A DNA stretch of 64,000 nucleotides, from positions 7,690-71,689 of the forward strand of contig NZ_JAFRNB010000128.1 of assembly GCF_017430385.1 (NCBI RefSeq), written 5' to 3'. This document shows, piece by piece, positions 1 through 9,233 of this stretch. Numbering within the stretch: the first letter of the stretch is position 1; each line of letters opens with the position of its first letter. The DNA is from Treponema sp. Its GTDB lineage: Bacteria; Spirochaetota; Spirochaetia; Treponematales; Treponemataceae. Both the position numbers and the translations under genes were made by a program. The notes under the pieces were generated by a model. That model was not told the origin of the DNA, ran no database searches, and worked only from the letters and a program-made list of their open reading frames with translations.

Positions 1-495
1 TTTAAGGCCGCCCAAGCAGATTAAGAAACCGATTATGACTACGATTGTCATCCAGAAAAGCTGTTCCCCTGGATTTGCGAGCATTGCGTTGAAGATATTT
101 CCGATTTCGCCCGGTTCAAGGGTGGTGAAAACACCTTTCGCACTTTTGTAGATGTACGCGAACATCCAGCCTGCGACAGTCGTGTAGAACATCATGAGAA
201 GGTAGTTGCCCGCCGCCGCAAAATATCCGAAAATATGCCATTTGCTTCCGGCCGGTTCCAGCGCGTGGAAAGAACGGACTGCACTCTTACCGCTTGCACG
301 GCCAACTGCAAATTCCATTACCATGATTGGCGAGCCAAGAATGAAAAGAAACACCAGATAAAAAAGGACGAATGCCGCTCCACCGTAACGGCCGGTGATG
401 TAAGGAAAGCGCCAGACATTTCCAAGTCCGATAGCGCAGCCTGCCGAAGTCATGATAAATCCGATTCGTGACTTAAAATTTTCTCGATTTTCCAT
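1..495 (-). CDS. Sodium-dependent transporter, NSS/SNF family (5' part; runs off window)
   Basis: Not in the ORF track because it is truncated. Minus strand from ATG at 495 translates MENRENFKSRIGFIMTSAGCAIGLGNVWRFPYITG, the NSS TM1 signature (GxxIGLGNxWRFPY). Confidence 0.9.
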   Translation of the reverse strand, partial: MENRENFKSRIGFIMTSAGCAIGLGNVWRFPYITGRYGGAAFVLFYLVFLFILGSPIMVMEFAVGRASGKSAVRSFHALEPAGSKWHIFGYFAAAGNYLLMMFYTTVAGWMFAYIYKSAKGVFTTLEPGEIGNIFNAMLANPGEQLFWMTIVVIIGFLICLGGLK

Positions 496-554
496 AGCGA
501 AAGATTCTAGCACATTATCGGATTTTAATCATCTGCCCCAAAATAGCAGTTCCC

Positions 555-581
555 GGCAAGCCTGCTTCTGCAAGACCTGCC
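555..581 (-). terminator. Possible hairpin terminator downstream of the cyclase gene
   Basis: Minus strand GGCAGGTCT(T)GC-AGAA-GCAGGCTTGCC, imperfect stem with G-U pairs and a weak U tract. Confidence 0.3.
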
Positions 582-603
582 CCAGAAAGCCAGCTTTTTT
601 GGA

Positions 604-3600
604 CTAAAGGAAATATGTCTTCATCTCACCCTTGCCCTTTACGGCGACTTCAACGCCTGAGCTGTAAGGGAAGCTGTCTTTTGTCTGCTCGTAGGTCGAT
701 TCCGTGACATGGATTTTCATCGGCTCACCAGTGCTTTCCATTCGGCTTGCGACATTTACCGTGTCACCCCAGATATCGTAAATGAACTTTGATTTTCCGA
801 TAACGCCCGCGACGAGGTTTCCTGTGTTGATTCCAAGACGAATCTGGATTTTGACAGAAGATTTATCGTTGAAAGCCTTTACATCATCCATGAGCCCCTG
901 AGTGTAATGAACCATTTTTAGCGCGCCTTTGTTGTCCGCATCTTCTGAAAGGCCTGTCGCGGCCATGTATGCGTCTCCGATTGTCTTGATTTTTTCGATT
1001 CCTTCGCGTTTTGCCCGCTCGTCGAATTTTGAAATCATCTTGTTGAGCATGGTGACTACTTCCTCAGCTGTCATGCCGTCGCTCATTTTCGTGAATCCGA
1101 CAATATCAGTGAACAAAACAGTGACATTCGGGAATTTTTTAGCGATTGTCTGGTTCGGATGCTCCGTAAGTTCTTTTGCGACTTCTTTTGGAAGAATGTT
1201 CAGAAGAAGGCTCTCGCTCTTTTCCTTTTCAAGCTTAAGCTCGTGGGTTCTTTCCTCGACTTTCTGCTCCAGCTCAATCTGATAGCGGCGCATCTTTCGG
1301 ATTTTATGAAGGACGATGAGTGCTGCCGTTGCGATGATTATAAGAATAATCAGAACCCAGAACCACACATGCTGCCAGATATAAGGCTTTTTGATGATTA
1401 TGATTGGCTCGGTAGGTGCGCTTTCGATTTCATCGCTGTTCTGTGAGATTACGGTGAATTCGTAAGTTCCAGGCTTAAGGTTTGTGTACGAGACATTTCT
1501 CAAAGTTGACCAGTCCGAATAGTCCTGCTCGAATCCGCCGAGCTTGTAGCGGAACCTCATCTGGTCTGACGAAATGAAACTGAGACCCGTGAACTTGATG
1601 CTGAGTCGTTTTGCCGAAGGCTGGAGAATGATTTTTTCTCCATTATAGTCATACTTGTTGTTGTCGATTGTGTACTGCTGAATCTCGATTTTTGGTGCAA
1701 TCTGATTTTTGCCTGATTTTACAGGGTCGTAGATTGCGAAACCGTCGATGAGCGTGAACCAGATTCGTCCGAGCGAATCCTGAGTAGATACAGATGTTGA
1801 TGTTACGCCGCCTGTTATGAGACCGTCAGAGTTGCCGTAGAATTTCGGCGAGACCTTGCTTTTTTTGCCAGCTGCGACATCCTGCATTTCTGAAAGATTC
1901 AGCGAGAGAACGCCCTTGTTGCTCGTCATCCAGATTGTGCGCGTGTAATCACAAATCATCTGGAAAACGCTGTCAATTCCAAGTCCGTTCCGAGAGTTAA
2001 AGTTGAAGAATGAATTTGTTTCGGCCAGATATTTTGAGATTCCTGTTCCAGTGGTAATCCAGATGTCATTGTCGATTTCAGCAATTTTGAAGATTACATT
2101 GCCCGCAAGCCCCAGATCACTCTTGAAGTGCCTGTAGATTTCCTTGTCTTTGAGGATGTAGATTCCGCCGCCGTCCGTTCCGACCCAGATGTTGCCTTCT
2201 TTGTCCTCGAAAAGTGCCATGATGAATTCGTTTTCAAATCCTGTGTCGCGGGTGATGTTCGTTATCGCGCCTGTCTTTCCGTCGATGATGCTGAGTCCTT
2301 GCGTTGTGCCTACATAATAGTCACCGGTTTTTGTTTTTATTGCGACCCTGCATTTGAGGCCTGCCAGTCCATCCCCGGTTGACCAGACTTTTATGCTGTT
2401 GTCTGGGCTAAGCCGGATTTGGCTCAAGTCAGAATATGTTGATATGAGGATTTCATTGTCGCTGGTTATTTCGAGATGCCTGACCCTTGCGCCTTTTGTG
2501 AGGTTTGTAAGGTCGTTTTCGATGAATTTATTGTCCTTGTCATAGCAGTAAAGTCCGTCATCCGCGCCAAGCCATGTTAGCCCGCGACCTTTGTCCTCGC
2601 AGATTGCGTTTATTGCGATCGGCATACTGATTGTGCGGAATTTTCCGTGGCTCATTTTTTCGATGCCGCCGCGGTTGTATGCGATCCAGATGTTGCCTTC
2701 GTGGTCCTGGAAGATTTCGTTGATATAATCGTCTGCGATTCCGTTGCGCTTGTCGTAATAAGTGTACATTCCGTTGTGGAGAATCGTGATTCCGCTGTCC
2801 GAGGCGAACCAGAAATCTCCGGCAGTGTCCTGGATGATTGAGTTTACGACAGTTCCTTCAAGATGGTCGTGCGAGATGTCAAAAACAGTTTCCTCATTTT
2901 CCTTGATTCGGACTGCGAAGTGCGGTGCTACTCCGAACCAGAATGCACCGCTTCTGTCCTGTGTGACTTCGTTTACGGAAGGATCCTTGATTTTTGTGAT
3001 TCCTGTGAACCGCTCGATTTTTTTGTTTGAGTAGACGAAAAGATCATTTTCGATTGCCGTAGAGACCCAGATTCTTCCTGCTGTGTCGCAGTAAAGCTGT
3101 GAGACTTGAATGGTTTCCTGACCAAGCTCATGAAGCCCTGTTGGCTGCATGACTTTTTGAGCCGGCGTGAGGTAGCACAGACCCGATGCCGTTCCGAGCC
3201 AGATATTGCCTGAATGGTCTTCACAGATTGCTCTGACTGAATTGTGGGGAATGCCGTTCTCGGTTGTATATTTTATGATTTCTCCGCTTGGTTTTAGGCA
3301 TGTTACGCCCTCGTCGTTGTGTCCGACCCAAAGGTTTCCGTTAGAGTCCTGAAAAATTGCGCGGACTGATGCGAAGTCGTATTTCGGATCTACAGTTCGC
3401 GTGAAATTTACGAATTCAATTCCGTCGAATCGGACAAGGCCGTCATAAGTTCCGATATATATGTAGCCTTTCTGGTCCTGCATGATTGCCGTAATCGTCA
3501 TGCCGGGGAGTCCGTCTGCGGTAGTCCAGTTCCTTCGGACGAAATCGTTCAAAAAAGCCTGATCAACATTGCCTTTTGCCGCTGCCTGTGAAAAGACAGA

Positions 3601-3654
3601 TGATGCAAAAGATGCTAGAATGAGTAGAGAAGAAAAAAACTTTTTCATTTTCAT
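604..3654 (-). CDS. Membrane-anchored class III adenylate cyclase with two-component-regulator beta-propeller repeats and Y_Y_Y domain
   Basis: Signal peptide; repeated D..GNIW.GT..GL Reg_prop blades; Y_Y_Y motif (FRYKLGGFEQDYSDW...SYTNLKPGTYEFTV); TM (WFWVLIILIII); cyclase motifs FTDIVGFT, KIKTIGDAYM, YDIWGDTVNVASRMES. Confidence 0.93.
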   Translation of the reverse strand: MKMKKFFSSLLILASFASSVFSQAAAKGNVDQAFLNDFVRRNWTTADGLPGMTITAIMQDQKGYIYIGTYDGLVRFDGIEFVNFTRTVDPKYDFASVRAIFQDSNGNLWVGHNDEGVTCLKPSGEIIKYTTENGIPHNSVRAICEDHSGNIWLGTASGLCYLTPAQKVMQPTGLHELGQETIQVSQLYCDTAGRIWVSTAIENDLFVYSNKKIERFTGITKIKDPSVNEVTQDRSGAFWFGVAPHFAVRIKENEETVFDISHDHLEGTVVNSIIQDTAGDFWFASDSGITILHNGMYTYYDKRNGIADDYINEIFQDHEGNIWIAYNRGGIEKMSHGKFRTISMPIAINAICEDKGRGLTWLGADDGLYCYDKDNKFIENDLTNLTKGARVRHLEITSDNEILISTYSDLSQIRLSPDNSIKVWSTGDGLAGLKCRVAIKTKTGDYYVGTTQGLSIIDGKTGAITNITRDTGFENEFIMALFEDKEGNIWVGTDGGGIYILKDKEIYRHFKSDLGLAGNVIFKIAEIDNDIWITTGTGISKYLAETNSFFNFNSRNGLGIDSVFQMICDYTRTIWMTSNKGVLSLNLSEMQDVAAGKKSKVSPKFYGNSDGLITGGVTSTSVSTQDSLGRIWFTLIDGFAIYDPVKSGKNQIAPKIEIQQYTIDNNKYDYNGEKIILQPSAKRLSIKFTGLSFISSDQMRFRYKLGGFEQDYSDWSTLRNVSYTNLKPGTYEFTVISQNSDEIESAPTEPIIIIKKPYIWQHVWFWVLIILIIIATAALIVLHKIRKMRRYQIELEQKVEERTHELKLEKEKSESLLLNILPKEVAKELTEHPNQTIAKKFPNVTVLFTDIVGFTKMSDGMTAEEVVTMLNKMISKFDERAKREGIEKIKTIGDAYMAATGLSEDADNKGALKMVHYTQGLMDDVKAFNDKSSVKIQIRLGINTGNLVAGVIGKSKFIYDIWGDTVNVASRMESTGEPMKIHVTESTYEQTKDSFPYSSGVEVAVKGKGEMKTYFL

Positions 3655-3818
3655 AATATTTAATTGTAACTTAAAATTGAAAATAAGACAAATTTTTCTT
3701 TAAAGAATATTTTGAATTTAAAATTAATAGCGAATTCTGTTATTTTTTGCAAAAAAATGTTAGGCTATCACTAAATTTTGTACTTATAATTGACTCATAA
3801 AGCAAAAAAGGAGTGCGT

Positions 3819-6230
3819 ATGAAATACGGTTATTTTGATGATGAAGCTCGTGAGTATGTTATTACTCGCCCTGATACCCCTGCTCCCTGGGCAAATTATC
3901 TTGGCTCGCCTGAATATGGCGCGCTGATTTCTAACAATGCGGGCGGTTACAGCTTCGCAAAATCTGGTGCCAACGGCCGAATCTTGCGCTATGTTTTCAA
4001 TAATTTCGACCAGCCTGGCCGCTATATTTATATCCGGGACAACGAATCAAAAGATTTCTGGTCTGCTTCATGGCAGCCTGTCGGAAAGAATGTCGATGAG
4101 TATAAGAGTGAGTGCCGACACGGAACTGCTTATACAAAAATGCTTGCTGATTATTCTGGGATTCATTCTGAGGCACTTTATTATGTTCCTCTCAATCAGT
4201 CTTATGAGGTATGGTCTCTCAAATTAAAGAACACTTCTGACAAAACAAGAAAACTTACAATCACAGGTTACGCTGAATTCACGAACAACTCGAACTACGA
4301 GCAGGATCAGGTAAACCTTCAGTATTCTCTTTTCATCGGCCGAACTTACTTTGACAAGAACCGCGTCGTTCAGCAGGTTCACGGAAACTTGGCTGATGTC
4401 GAGAAGGACAAGCCTGTTGACAACAAAATCGTAACTGAGCGTTTCTTGGGCTTGGCCGGAAGCGAAGTCTCATCATATTGTGGTGACAAAGAAGAATTCC
4501 TCGGTCTTTACCATTCTTACAAAAATCCGGTTGGAGTCGAGAACGGAGATTTGGGAAATCATCTTTCTTACAACGAAAACTCATGTGGAGCAGTTTCTTC
4601 TATTATACAGCTTGCTCCTGACGAAGAAAAATCAATCGCTTTCATCGTCGGAATAAAATACACTGACGAGGCTGGAAAAATCATCGATTCTTACAAAGAT
4701 GTTGCAAAAACTTGCGAGAAAGAGCTTTCTGAGCTTAAAAAATGGTGGCACGGCAAGTTCGAGAATTTCCAGGTCAACACACCAAGCAAAGAATTCAACA
4801 CGATGATTAACACTTGGAACGCTTACAACTGTTTCATGACATTCATCTGGTCTCGCGCGGCTTCATTCATCTATTGTGGTCTCAGAAACGGCTACGGCTA
4901 CCGCGACACAGTTCAGGACATTCAGGGCGTAATTCACCTTGCTCCTGAGATGGCTGTCGAGAAAATCCGATTCATGCTTTCGGCTCAGGTTGATAACGGC
5001 GGCGGCTTGCCATTAGTAAAATTCACACACAACGCAGGCCACGAGGACACTCCTGATGACGCAAGCTATGTAAAAGAGACCGGACATCCGGCTTACCGTG
5101 CTGACGATGCTCTCTGGCTCTTCCCGACAATCTTCAAATATATTTCCGAGTCAGGAAACCTTGCTTTCATCGATGAGGTTATTCCTTTCGCAAACAAAGA
5201 TGAAGGAACTGTATATGAGCACTTGAAGAGAGCAATCAACTTCTCTATGGAGAGGCTTGGTCCTCACGGCTTGCCGGCAGGCCTTTACGCTGACTGGAAC
5301 GACTGTCTCCGCCTCGGAAAGAACGGCGAGTCTTCTTTTGTTGCTTTCCAGTATTACTATGCGATGACCGTAATCAAATATTTTGCTGAGTACAAACAAG
5401 ATACTGACTACATTGCCTTTATCGAGCGCACTCAGGAAAGTTTCAAAAAACTTTTGAACAAACTTTGCTGGAACGAAGACAGATTTATCCGTGGCTTCAC
5501 TGAGGCCGGTGAGACAATCGGCAAAAAAGGCGACCCAGAGGCAAATATGTGGCTCAACCCGCAGAGCTGGTCTGTCATATCCGGTTTGGCAACAAAAGAG
5601 CAGGCTGAGAAGGCTTTGGATTCAGTCCAGAAGCAGCTCAACACTGAGTACGGTGCAGTCCTCATGGATCCGCCATACCACTCACACGCATTCGAGGGCG
5701 CACTTGCCGTAATCTACAATGCTGGCGTAAAAGAGAATTCTGGAATCTTCTCTCAGTCACAGGGATGGATTATCCTTGCCGAGGCTTTGAGCGGACACGG
5801 AAATGCAGCTTTCCAGTATTTCATGGAGAATGCACCGAGCGCGCAGAACGACAAGGCTGAAATCCGAAAACTTGAGCCATATTGCTACGGTCAGTTCACG
5901 GAAGGAAAGGCAAGCCCGCACTTCGGTCGCTCTCATGTCCACTGGCTTACAGGAACTGCTTCAACCGTAATGGTTGGCTGTGTCGAAGGAATTTTGGGTA
6001 TGCGCCCGGATTTCGGAGGCTTGAGAATCGCACCGTCTGTTCCATCAGACTGGAAAAACTTCTCGATTGAAAAGACTTTCCGGGGCAAAAAACTCAAGAT
6101 TACAGTGGAGAACCCGAACGGAAAAGAAAGCGGATTCTCTGAGTTCTATGTGAACGGCGAGAAACTCAGCGACAATTACATTCCAGAAAGCAAACTCACT
6201 GCTGTAACGGAAGTTCGCCTGGTAATGTAG
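3819..6230 (+). CDS. GH94 glycoside phosphorylase (cellodextrin/chitobiose phosphorylase group)
   Basis: N-terminus MKYGYFDDEAREYVITRPDTPAPW; GYRDTVQD; catalytic DWND; HWLTGTA. ATG at 3819 follows AAGGAG. Confidence 0.93.
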   Translation: MKYGYFDDEAREYVITRPDTPAPWANYLGSPEYGALISNNAGGYSFAKSGANGRILRYVFNNFDQPGRYIYIRDNESKDFWSASWQPVGKNVDEYKSECRHGTAYTKMLADYSGIHSEALYYVPLNQSYEVWSLKLKNTSDKTRKLTITGYAEFTNNSNYEQDQVNLQYSLFIGRTYFDKNRVVQQVHGNLADVEKDKPVDNKIVTERFLGLAGSEVSSYCGDKEEFLGLYHSYKNPVGVENGDLGNHLSYNENSCGAVSSIIQLAPDEEKSIAFIVGIKYTDEAGKIIDSYKDVAKTCEKELSELKKWWHGKFENFQVNTPSKEFNTMINTWNAYNCFMTFIWSRAASFIYCGLRNGYGYRDTVQDIQGVIHLAPEMAVEKIRFMLSAQVDNGGGLPLVKFTHNAGHEDTPDDASYVKETGHPAYRADDALWLFPTIFKYISESGNLAFIDEVIPFANKDEGTVYEHLKRAINFSMERLGPHGLPAGLYADWNDCLRLGKNGESSFVAFQYYYAMTVIKYFAEYKQDTDYIAFIERTQESFKKLLNKLCWNEDRFIRGFTEAGETIGKKGDPEANMWLNPQSWSVISGLATKEQAEKALDSVQKQLNTEYGAVLMDPPYHSHAFEGALAVIYNAGVKENSGIFSQSQGWIILAEALSGHGNAAFQYFMENAPSAQNDKAEIRKLEPYCYGQFTEGKASPHFGRSHVHWLTGTASTVMVGCVEGILGMRPDFGGLRIAPSVPSDWKNFSIEKTFRGKKLKITVENPNGKESGFSEFYVNGEKLSDNYIPESKLTAVTEVRLVM

Positions 6231-6251
6231 AAATATCTGCTTTTAATTTTT

Positions 6252-6285
6252 TCCCTGCCTGCAATTGATAGGCGGGGATTTTTTT
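6252..6285 (+). terminator. Intrinsic terminator
   Basis: TCCCTGCCT...AGGCGGGGA stem followed by a T run, just after the GH94 stop. Confidence 0.8.
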
Positions 6286-6297
6286 AGTTTCTTTTCC

Positions 6298-6326
6298 TTG
6301 CAAGATTTCTTTTTTGACTGTATAAT
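6298..6326 (+). promoter_or_regulatory. sigma70-type promoter of the TrpB2 gene
   Basis: TTGCAA (6298)-N17-TATAAT (6321). Confidence 0.7.
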
Positions 6327-6369
6327 GTTTCTATAAATAATAACATACATCTTTGCTTTGGAGAAAGAA

Positions 6370-7737
6370 ATGTCCGAAAAAATTCCTTACAAAATCTATC
6401 TTGATGAAAATGAACTTCCAACTGAATGGTATAATGTCCGCGCCGACATGAAGAACAAGCCGGCTCCTCTTTTGAATCCTGCTACCGGAAAGCCATGCAC
6501 CGCCGAAGAGCTTTCACATGTTTTCTGTGACGAGCTTGTAAAACAGGAGCTTGATGATACAACCGCAAATATTCCGATTCCTGCAGAAATCCGTGAATTC
6601 TACAAAATGTACCGCCCGGCTCCTCTTGTCCGTGCATACTGCCTTGAGAAAAAACTCGGCACACCGGCTAAAATCTACTATAAATTTGAAGGAAACAACA
6701 CGAGCGGAAGCCACAAGCTCAATTCAGCAATCGCACAAGCTTACTATGCCAAAAAACAGGGACTCAAAGGCGTTACGACTGAGACTGGCGCAGGTCAGTG
6801 GGGAACAGCACTCTCAATGGCCTGCTCATACTTTGACTTGGACTGTCAGGTTTACATGGTAAAGGTCAGCTACGAGCAGAAGCCTTTCCGCCGAGAAGTA
6901 ATCCGCACTTACGGAGCAAAAATCACGCCGTCTCCAAGTGAGACAACTGAAGTCGGCCGTAAGATTCTTGCTGAATTCCCTGGAACCGGCGGAAGTTTGG
7001 GTTGTGCAATTTCTGAGGCGGTAGAGGCTGCCACAAAGCAGGAAGGATACCGCTATGTTCTCGGAAGCGTTCTCAATCAGGTTTTGCTCCACCAGACAGT
7101 AATCGGTTTGGAAACAATGACCGCAATGGACAAATACGGAATCAAGCCGGACGTAATCATCGGCTGTGCAGGCGGCGGCTCAAACTTGGGAGGATTGATT
7201 TCTCCTTTCATGGGCCGGAAATTGCGCGGCGAGGCCGATTATCAGTTTATCGCGGTAGAGCCAGCAAGCTGTCCTTCACTCACACGCGGCTCTTATGTCT
7301 ATGACTTCTGCGACACAGGTCATGTTTGTCCTCTTGCAAAAATGTACACTCTCGGAAGTGAATTCATGCCGTCACCGAACCATGCCGGTGGCTTGCGCTA
7401 TCATGGTATGAGCAGTATTCTTTCTCAGCTTTACGATGACAAGCTCATTGAAGCGCGCTCCGTTGAGCAGACTGCTGTTTTTGAGGCTGCACAGGCATTT
7501 GCCCGCGTTGAGGGAATCTTGCCGGCTCCAGAATCAAGCCATGCAATCAAAGTTGCGATTGATGAGGCTCTCAAATGCAAGGAAACTGGTGAAGAAAAGA
7601 CAATTCTTTTCGGTCTCACAGGAACAGGCTACTTCGATATGTACGCTTACAAAGCTTTCAATGATGGAACTATGAGCGATTACATTCCGACAGATGAGGA
7701 GATTGCGAAGTCACTCGCAAAAACGCCGAAAATCTAG
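6370..7737 (+). CDS. trpB2: TrpB-like PLP-dependent enzyme (tryptophan synthase beta type 2)
   Basis: SGSHKLN PLP lysine, TETGAGQWG, GCAGGGSN, HAGGLRYHG, PAPESSHAI; ~455 aa, no trpA nearby. Confidence 0.92.
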   Translation: MSEKIPYKIYLDENELPTEWYNVRADMKNKPAPLLNPATGKPCTAEELSHVFCDELVKQELDDTTANIPIPAEIREFYKMYRPAPLVRAYCLEKKLGTPAKIYYKFEGNNTSGSHKLNSAIAQAYYAKKQGLKGVTTETGAGQWGTALSMACSYFDLDCQVYMVKVSYEQKPFRREVIRTYGAKITPSPSETTEVGRKILAEFPGTGGSLGCAISEAVEAATKQEGYRYVLGSVLNQVLLHQTVIGLETMTAMDKYGIKPDVIIGCAGGGSNLGGLISPFMGRKLRGEADYQFIAVEPASCPSLTRGSYVYDFCDTGHVCPLAKMYTLGSEFMPSPNHAGGLRYHGMSSILSQLYDDKLIEARSVEQTAVFEAAQAFARVEGILPAPESSHAIKVAIDEALKCKETGEEKTILFGLTGTGYFDMYAYKAFNDGTMSDYIPTDEEIAKSLAKTPKI

Positions 7738-7757
7738 GGAAGTAGATTTTGATGAAT

Positions 7758-7781
7758 GGGGCAGAAATGCCCCTTTTTTTT
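7758..7781 (+). terminator. Intrinsic terminator
   Basis: GGGGCA-GAAA-TGCCCC followed by a T run. Confidence 0.85.
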
Positions 7782-7786
7782 ATAGA

Positions 7787-8046
7787 TTCCCCTTATCGAG
7801 GCGTTCGCTTCCGCGGAAAAATCACAGATTTCTCCGAGACTAACTAAAATCACGCCTCGCGTGATTTTCCCCTATCGGGTCGTTCGCTTCCGCGGAAAAA
7901 TCACAGATTTTTCCGAGACTCACTAAAATCACGCCTCGCGTGATTTTCCCCTATCGGGTCGTTCGCTTCCGCGGAAAAATCACAGATTTTTCCGAGACTC
8001 ACTAAAATCACGCCTTGCGTAATTTTCCCCTATCGGGTCGTTCGCT
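7787..8046. repeat. 79-bp tandem repeat (~3.3 copies), two hairpins per unit
   Basis: Units start at 7802, 7881, 7960, 8039. Hairpins CGGAAAAATC-ACA-GATTTTTCCG and AAAATCACGC-CTC-GCGTGATTTT. Confidence 0.95.
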
Positions 8047-9123
8047 ACCAAGTAGAATCCCTATCGGTCTTAGGGTTTCGATGTTTTCGCAGAAGATTTT
8101 TATGATTACCATTAGCGGGACGGCTAGGATTAGGCCTAAAAATCCCCAGAGCCAGCCCCAGAGGGACAAGCTTACGAGAATCACGAACGGAGAGATTCCA
8201 AGATTTTCTCCTTCGATTCGTGGCTCGACCACATTTCCTAGGAAGACATTCATAACGAGCACTGAGACTGCGATAAAAATCACCGGGAATGGTGAAGGGT
8301 AGCACTGCAAAAATGCGAATGTCGTCGTGATTGCCCATGAGATTATTGAGCCGAAAGTCGGAACGAAATTGAGGACAAAGGCAAGAAAAGCCCAGACGAG
8401 CGGAAAGTCAACCCTCGCAATAAGACAGAAAATAAAGACGAAAATTCCTGTCAAAAGAGAAATGAAGAATTTGATTGATATGTAATGCGTGGTGTCGCGC
8501 GCGATTCTGTTCATTATGTCATGGATTTTCGAGCTGCTGTGATTTGAGAAAGCCGAATAAATCTTGATTTTTGTAAACTTCATTTCAAGAAGAAGAAAAA
8601 CCGAGAGAAGAAGAACAAGGAACGAGCTTTTCATGAACGAGATAAGAAAAGTCGTGAAATTGACCGCGAAATTTTTTAGAAGCGGAAGGACATTCAGCTG
8701 AGTGCTGATATTTTCAAGGAAAGTCTGGTCGTTGTTGAAATCAAAGAAGAATCCCAGTAGCCCGGAATCAGAATTCGCCGAAAAACTTTCCTGAATGTTT
8801 CGATAAATCGTCTGGAACCTTTCTTCGTAGCGCGGGTATGAATTGATGATTGACATGATGCTCGAAGAAAGGATGTTACCGATTCCGACGAAAATGGTGA
8901 CAAACACACCGTAAACAATGATAATTCCCAAAAGCCAGGGAAGCTTGTACTTTGTATTGAGCCTTTTGATGAACGGATAAAAAACCGCCGCCAAAAGAAC
9001 TGCCAGAACAACAGGTTTGAGAAAACTTTCCAGCACCTTGAGCATCGTTCCTGCCAGGATAACGCTCATAAAGATGAGAAGATAAAAGATTCCTCGTAAA
9101 AGCCTGTTTTCTGGATTAAGCAT
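8008..9123 (-). CDS. AI-2E family transporter (PerM/TqsA-like)
   Basis: Multi-TM protein with LAFVLNFVPTFGSI, GNVVEPRIEG..LGISPF and WGWLWGFLGLILAVPL motifs. Confidence 0.9.
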   Translation of the reverse strand: MLNPENRLLRGIFYLLIFMSVILAGTMLKVLESFLKPVVLAVLLAAVFYPFIKRLNTKYKLPWLLGIIIVYGVFVTIFVGIGNILSSSIMSIINSYPRYEERFQTIYRNIQESFSANSDSGLLGFFFDFNNDQTFLENISTQLNVLPLLKNFAVNFTTFLISFMKSSFLVLLLSVFLLLEMKFTKIKIYSAFSNHSSSKIHDIMNRIARDTTHYISIKFFISLLTGIFVFIFCLIARVDFPLVWAFLAFVLNFVPTFGSIISWAITTTFAFLQCYPSPFPVIFIAVSVLVMNVFLGNVVEPRIEGENLGISPFVILVSLSLWGWLWGFLGLILAVPLMVIIKIFCENIETLRPIGILLGSERPDRGKLRKA

Positions 9124-9138
9124 GTTTGATACCAATTA

Positions 9139-9233
9139 TGCCCTGCACGGATGCAGGGTAAAAGCAAAGAGAGAATTTTCGAAACGAAAATTCTCGTACG
9201 AATCACGAAATCCATGGATGGATTTCGTGTTCG
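9139..9233 (+). repeat. Three-hairpin intergenic repeat, copy A (GGA-loop family)
   Basis: GCCCTGCA-CGGA-TGCAGGGT; GAGAATTTTCG-AAA-CGAAAATTCTC; CACGAAATCCA-TGGA-TGGATTTCGTG. Aligns with 20105-20196. Confidence 0.85.

Noticed and set aside
235-471. 78-aa + strand ORF
   Set aside because: Antisense to the NSS transporter on the minus strand.
3655-3818. CRP-type site (TGTGA-N6-TCACA) near cyclase-linked promoters
   Set aside because: Best match TGTTA-N5-TCACT has the wrong spacing; none found in the other intergenic regions inspected.
7787-8046. CRISPR array
   Set aside because: Whole 79-bp units repeat with no unique spacers, and there are no cas genes.
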